From positions 48,390 to 112,389 of the forward strand of contig JAXGOK010000009.1 in the NCBI GenBank assembly GCA_040767545.1: a stretch of DNA of 64,000 nt, given 5' to 3'. Both the position numbers and the translations under genes were made by a program. The number at the start of each line of letters is the position of its first letter. Positions within the stretch are counted from its first letter, which is position 1. This stretch comes from Aggregatilineaceae bacterium (GTDB taxonomy: Bacteria; Chloroflexota; Anaerolineae; Aggregatilineales; Aggregatilineaceae). Below, piece by piece: positions 60,351-64,000 of this stretch. The notes below the pieces were generated by a model. It saw only the letters and a program-made list of their open reading frames with translations, made no database searches and was not told the origin of the DNA.

Positions 60351-61229
60351 ATGACTGTTGCTTCACGAGAGACTGCACGTGTGATGCCGGTTCAAGCCTG
60401 GAAAAGGACGCTGCGCTCCTGGGTGCCCAAGCGCTGGTATGCGCACCTCATTCTGGTGACCGCCTGCTTCCTGTCCGGTCTTCCGCTGTTCTACGCGCTG
60501 CTGGTCAGCACGCAGACCAACGCCGAGGTCTTTCGCTACCAGTTCACGCCGGGCAGTGGCCTGCTATCCAACTGGAATGTGGTTTTCTACGAGCGCCATC
60601 TGCATACGTACATGCTCAACAGTGTGGTCATGACCGCCGGCATCACCATCGGCAAGACCATCTTCTCGCTGCTATCTGGCTTGGCGTTTGTCTACTTTCG
60701 CTTTCCGGGCAAGTGGCTCGTCTTTGGCTTCGTGTTGATCACGCTGATGATGCCCACCGAGGTGTTGATCATCGCCCTGTTCCGCTTCATTAACGATCTG
60801 GAGTGGCAAAACACGTTCTATGCGCTGATCGTGCCCTTTACGGCCAGCGCGACAGGTACCTTCCTGTTTCGCCAACATTTCGCCAGTATCCCGGCGGAGA
60901 TGTCGGAAGCGGCCCAGCTTGACGGGGCGAATCCGTTGCAGTTCCTGTTTCGGATATTGGTGCCGATGAGCTGGAACACGATCGGGGCGCTGGCGGTAGT
61001 CCAGACGATCTACGCCTGGAACATGTACCTGTGGCCCAACATGATCATCTCCGACCCGAACATGCAGACCATCCAGACGGGCATCGGCACGTTGCGTCTC
61101 GGCGGTGGGGCGCTGCGCTTCGGCCCGCTGATGCTGGGCACGGTGATCGTCAGTCTGCCACCGGTGATTGTGTTCATCCTGCTGCAGAAGCAGTTCATGA
61201 GCGGCTTCACGCTCACGCGGGACAAGTGA
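60351..61229 (+). CDS. ABC sugar-type permease (UgpE/MalG-like)
   Basis: EAAQLDGANPLQFLFRILVPMS motif. The ATG at 60351 lies 4 nt after the upstream stop. Confidence 0.85.
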   Translation: MTVASRETARVMPVQAWKRTLRSWVPKRWYAHLILVTACFLSGLPLFYALLVSTQTNAEVFRYQFTPGSGLLSNWNVVFYERHLHTYMLNSVVMTAGITIGKTIFSLLSGLAFVYFRFPGKWLVFGFVLITLMMPTEVLIIALFRFINDLEWQNTFYALIVPFTASATGTFLFRQHFASIPAEMSEAAQLDGANPLQFLFRILVPMSWNTIGALAVVQTIYAWNMYLWPNMIISDPNMQTIQTGIGTLRLGGGALRFGPLMLGTVIVSLPPVIVFILLQKQFMSGFTLTRDK

Positions 61230-61326
61230 CTACTTCTGTCGCTTCCTGACGCCGCCGGTTGCCCCGGCGGTGTTTCTTTTGCGGCGTGGGTGGAATCGGG
61301 GTGTGCTGTTCGGAATGTCTGTGCAA

Positions 61327-61423
61327 GGGCGTATGCGGCACGCCTTTGCGCTCTCGTAGGAGCGGGTTTCGAAACCCGCCCCTACGGTGTGTAGCAGACC
61401 TGGGAGGAGACTTCCGAAGTCCG
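61327..61423. repeat. family-C hairpins plus a family-D unit
   Basis: GGGCGTATGCGGCACGCC. GTAGGAGCGGGTTTCGAAACCCGCCCCTAC at 61356-61385. GGAGGAGACTTCCGAAGTCCG. Confidence 0.65.
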
Positions 61424-61472
61424 TGTCGTTCTACGAGAGCCAGTGGAGCAAAGCCCCTGTCTTTGTGATCGA

Positions 61473-62303
61473 CTAGATCGGTATCCAGCCGGTGACGCGC
61501 CGGTTCTCAAAGCGGGCCAGGCGAGTGAAGCCCGCCGCCCGCGCCACGTCCAGGGCCACGTCCAGCCCCATGCCCACATCACGGGGCCGGTGACCGTCGC
61601 TGCCGATGGTCAGAATCTCGCCGCCCATCTCGCGGTACCAGCGCAACGACTCCGGGCCAGGGTGCACTTCGCTCATCCCGGTGCGCAGCGACCCTGTGTT
61701 GATCTCGAGGCCGATGCCATTCTCGATGCACGCCCGCCAGACCGGGCGCACCAGGTCTTCCCACTGGCCGATGTCGAAGCCGCCCACCTCACCATGCCCG
61801 ACGCGCTTGACTACGTCCGGGTGCGCGAGCACGTCGAACCCGCCGAAGCGAGCCAGCCGCTCTAGCTCGGCGAAGTAGCAGGCGAAGGAGTCGTGCGGGC
61901 CGCGCGCGCGAAAGTAGCCCTCGTCGAATACGATCTGATCGCCGACCCAGTGCAGGCTGCCCAGCACGAGATCGTAGGGCCAGGCGGCCAGCACCGGCGA
62001 CATGTCCGCATGGAACAGGTGATACTCGCCCAGCTCGATCCCGGCGCGAATGGTTAGGCCCTGTGGCGCGAATTCGCGGCGGGCCGCTTCCAGCGCGGCG
62101 AAGTACGGCTCCGGGCGGTAGTAGCCGTAGCACAGGTCTTCGGGCCTGGGGTCGAAGTGATCGGTGAAGGCGATCTCAGCGATGCCAAGCCGCACAGCGC
62201 GGCGGCACATCTCGGCCATCGTCGTTCGGCAGTCGCAGCTTGCCTCGGTGTGTACGTGATAATCCTGAGGGAGATACCTGTTCGGAGAGGGGTGGTGGGT
62301 CAT
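61473..62303 (-). CDS. PHP-domain phosphatase (histidinol-phosphatase HisJ family)
   Basis: DYHVHTEASCDC and AFTDHFD metal-binding motifs, plus later LGSLHWV and SDGH. Confidence 0.85.
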   Translation of the reverse strand: MTHHPSPNRYLPQDYHVHTEASCDCRTTMAEMCRRAVRLGIAEIAFTDHFDPRPEDLCYGYYRPEPYFAALEAARREFAPQGLTIRAGIELGEYHLFHADMSPVLAAWPYDLVLGSLHWVGDQIVFDEGYFRARGPHDSFACYFAELERLARFGGFDVLAHPDVVKRVGHGEVGGFDIGQWEDLVRPVWRACIENGIGLEINTGSLRTGMSEVHPGPESLRWYREMGGEILTIGSDGHRPRDVGMGLDVALDVARAAGFTRLARFENRRVTGWIPI

Positions 62304-62330
62304 ATACAGGGAGAGTCCTCGTTGGTTTGT

Positions 62331-62408
62331 GTCATCGGTTATCGGTTGTCAGTGGTCGGTGGCCGGTTGAGAGCGGTCAACTGCCGGCTACCGGCCAGCA
62401 GTTGTGAG
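62331..62408. repeat. family-F repeat
   Basis: GTCATCGGTTATCGGTTGTCAGTGGTCGGTGGCCGG...CTGCCGGCTACCGGCCAGCAGTTG. Confidence 0.55.
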
Positions 62409-62431
62409 ACGCGAGTCTGTCCCCCGCCGCG

Positions 62432-63475
62432 CTAGCGCCGCGAATAGACGAAGTCCCCTTCGATCAAGCGGATCGGCGTGCCGTCCGGGTCGGCGACCTC
62501 GGCCACGCGCACGCCGTAACCCGTGCTCACCGGCGCGCTGCGCACCGCGACTCCGGCGTGAGCCAGCCGCGCGACGATGGCGTCCAGCCCGGCCACGCGC
62601 AGCGCAACGTACAGCGGGCCGGGGCGCGTCCCTTCTGCCTCTGCCTTGCCGTCCGCGCCGCTTACCAGCACGAGAGCGCCGCGCCCGGTGTCCAGGTGAG
62701 CGAGGGTGCGCGGCGGGTCTTCGCCGGGCAGGTCAATCTGGCCCAGGGGCCGGAAGCCGAGCAGGCCCTGGTAAAAGGCCAGCGCCCGCTCCAGATCGCT
62801 CACGGCGATGGCGACGTGATCCAGGCGCTCGATGTGCGGCGCGGGCGTGATCGTCGCCTGGGGCGTAGGGGCCGCGTCGCCGTCATCGCGGGCCAAGGCC
62901 GGCGGGGCGGAGGCTTGCTCACCGGCGAAAATCGGCGGCGGGACGCGATCCGGGTTGTCCATGTAGCGCACCATGCGCCGGATCAGGCGGTGGACGGTCT
63001 TCGGCTCGCCCGGCACATAGGGCATGATCGGCAGCGAAGCGCTGAGGCCGAGCATCTGGCGAATCTCGTCGGAGGAGAAAGCATCCGGCTCGTGCTGCCG
63101 CCCGGCGGCGATGATCAGATTGGCGGCGGGCTGTAGCTCGTGCAGGCGGCGCAGCGCGTTGTGAATGGCGCGCGGAGCCAGAATCTTGACCGCGTCAATG
63201 ATGGCGATGTAGCCGTCGCAGTTGAGCAGGGCCGCGCCGTGCGCCATCTCATCGCTGAGCTGTTGCACGTACACCGGCTGCGTGGTCAGCGTCGTCAGCT
63301 TGGCGAAGCCCAGCGCATCCGGCGCGCCGCCAATGCGCCGCTCCTCCGGCTCCATCGCCCAGACGGTGCGCATGAACTCCTCGGTCGTGATTGGCGAGAG
63401 GTAGGGCGAGCCGTCGGTCGCGGCAAGGCGTGGTTGGTCAGGGCAGTAGAAGCCGAATACGGCGATCTTGAGCAT
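62432..63475 (-). CDS. fusion of a degenerate small-GTPase-like (MglA/CvnD-type) domain and a glyoxalase/VOC domain
   Basis: The N-terminal about 190 aa follow the order of Ras-like elements, but with no P-loop (KIAVFGFYCPDQPR), no DxxG (VQQLSDE) and no NKxD (AAGRQHEPD). A Pro/Ala linker follows. The C-terminal VOC domain has LDHVAIAVSDLERALAFYQGLLGF...DPDGTPIRLIE. ATG at 63475. Confidence 0.7.
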   Translation of the reverse strand: MLKIAVFGFYCPDQPRLAATDGSPYLSPITTEEFMRTVWAMEPEERRIGGAPDALGFAKLTTLTTQPVYVQQLSDEMAHGAALLNCDGYIAIIDAVKILAPRAIHNALRRLHELQPAANLIIAAGRQHEPDAFSSDEIRQMLGLSASLPIMPYVPGEPKTVHRLIRRMVRYMDNPDRVPPPIFAGEQASAPPALARDDGDAAPTPQATITPAPHIERLDHVAIAVSDLERALAFYQGLLGFRPLGQIDLPGEDPPRTLAHLDTGRGALVLVSGADGKAEAEGTRPGPLYVALRVAGLDAIVARLAHAGVAVRSAPVSTGYGVRVAEVADPDGTPIRLIEGDFVYSRR

Positions 63476-63664
63476 GAGCGTCGTCCTCTGCGCCAGGCAG
63501 CCCCGGCGGTGCTGGAGTGGATTATACCGCGCCGGGCACAAAAGGGTGGGGGCGGGAGGCGCAAATGCTCCGTCTCAGACTTGTGGGAGGGGGCAGGTTT
63601 TGGGGGAGAGGTGGTGCGGCGCAGGAGCGCGAGAGACTACACGCCCTACCTGGCAAGATACTGG

Positions 63665-64000
63665 CTACGTGGCCAGGTCAAGGCCCTGTTTGTCAAGATC
63701 GTAGTTCCCGGAATTGGCTTCGATCAGCTTGGCCCAGTCAATGACTCCGTCTTTGTCACAGTATTTATCCACGAATTCCCTGACCAGCCGATTAGTCACA
63801 GCATCCGATTTGCGTTTGAACTCGTCGTTGTGCTCTCTGGCGCGGAAGCCAATCGGCTCAATGACCTCCTTGTATAATTCCCTATTCCCGGAAATGAAAG
63901 TCCAGAAGTTCTGTCCAACCAGTTTCAAGTATCCGAACGTCCTGTTACGAGAGGTTCTTGTTTTACCGTAGCAAATCCCCAGAACAGCATCAGCCATCAC
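63665..64000 (-). CDS. hypothetical protein, C-terminal part (gene continues beyond the window)
   Basis: The open frame runs to the window edge. It is visibly AT-richer than everything else. The sequence ...GKTRTSRNRTFGYLKLVGQNFWTFISGNRELYKEVIEPIG... matches no family I can assign with confidence. Confidence 0.5.
   Translation of the reverse strand: MMADAVLGICYGKTRTSRNRTFGYLKLVGQNFWTFISGNRELYKEVIEPIGFRAREHNDEFKRKSDAVTNRLVREFVDKYCDKDGVIDWAKLIEANSGNYDLDKQGLDLAT

Overview
This is a GC-rich (about 65% by eye), gene-dense bacterial chromosomal segment. I call about 55 protein genes and find no rRNA, tRNA, CRISPR array, transposase or integrase. All calls come from reading the supplied ORF translations and the DNA by eye, with no database searches.

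Gene content, in order:
- A secreted glycoside hydrolase, a LysM/M23 peptidase, a K+/H+ antiporter, and sugar or polyol kinases with an aldo/keto reductase.
- A complete LivJHMGF-type branched-chain amino-acid ABC system with unusually large permeases.
- A feoAB iron-uptake locus in which feoB is in three pieces.
- An orphan LysW-like carrier protein, a TrmB regulator and a CE7 esterase.
- A PqqD-like / ABC exporter / UbiA prenyltransferase operon.
- An IDH-family dehydrogenase, a DHH-CBS-poly(A)-polymerase-family nucleotidyltransferase, and a CcdA-thioredoxin fusion next to a DUF2085-like protein.
- A five-gene minus-strand cluster: a membrane-anchored protein, an atypical OmpR-type response regulator, and three oversized TadE/TadG-like proteins, one with a VWA domain.
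- A UbiE/MenG methyltransferase, a BMP-family binding protein, and a NitT/TauT-type ABC system whose binding protein is fused to a c-type cytochrome.
- etfBA.
- A divergent cluster combining an MFS transporter, an NPP-type phosphodiesterase, a DeoR regulator, a class-I amidotransferase-like hydrolase, an aldehyde:ferredoxin oxidoreductase, a glutamine-synthetase-like ligase and an SDR.
- A sugar-type ABC importer, a PHP phosphatase, and a pseudo-GTPase-glyoxalase fusion.
- An AT-richer partial gene at the right edge.

Nearly every intergenic gap holds copies of several short palindromic repeat families, often as mosaics. One of them has driven a triple tandem duplication of the 3' end of the UbiA gene.

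The best candidates for poorly described biology are:
- the PqqD-ABC-UbiA operon;
- the oversized Tad-pseudopilin-like trio with its degenerate response regulator;
- the binding protein-cytochrome c fusion;
- the gamma-glutamylation-type amine cluster that uses an aldehyde:ferredoxin oxidoreductase (AOR).

The repeats and protein styles resemble filamentous Chloroflexota, but that is a low-confidence inference.
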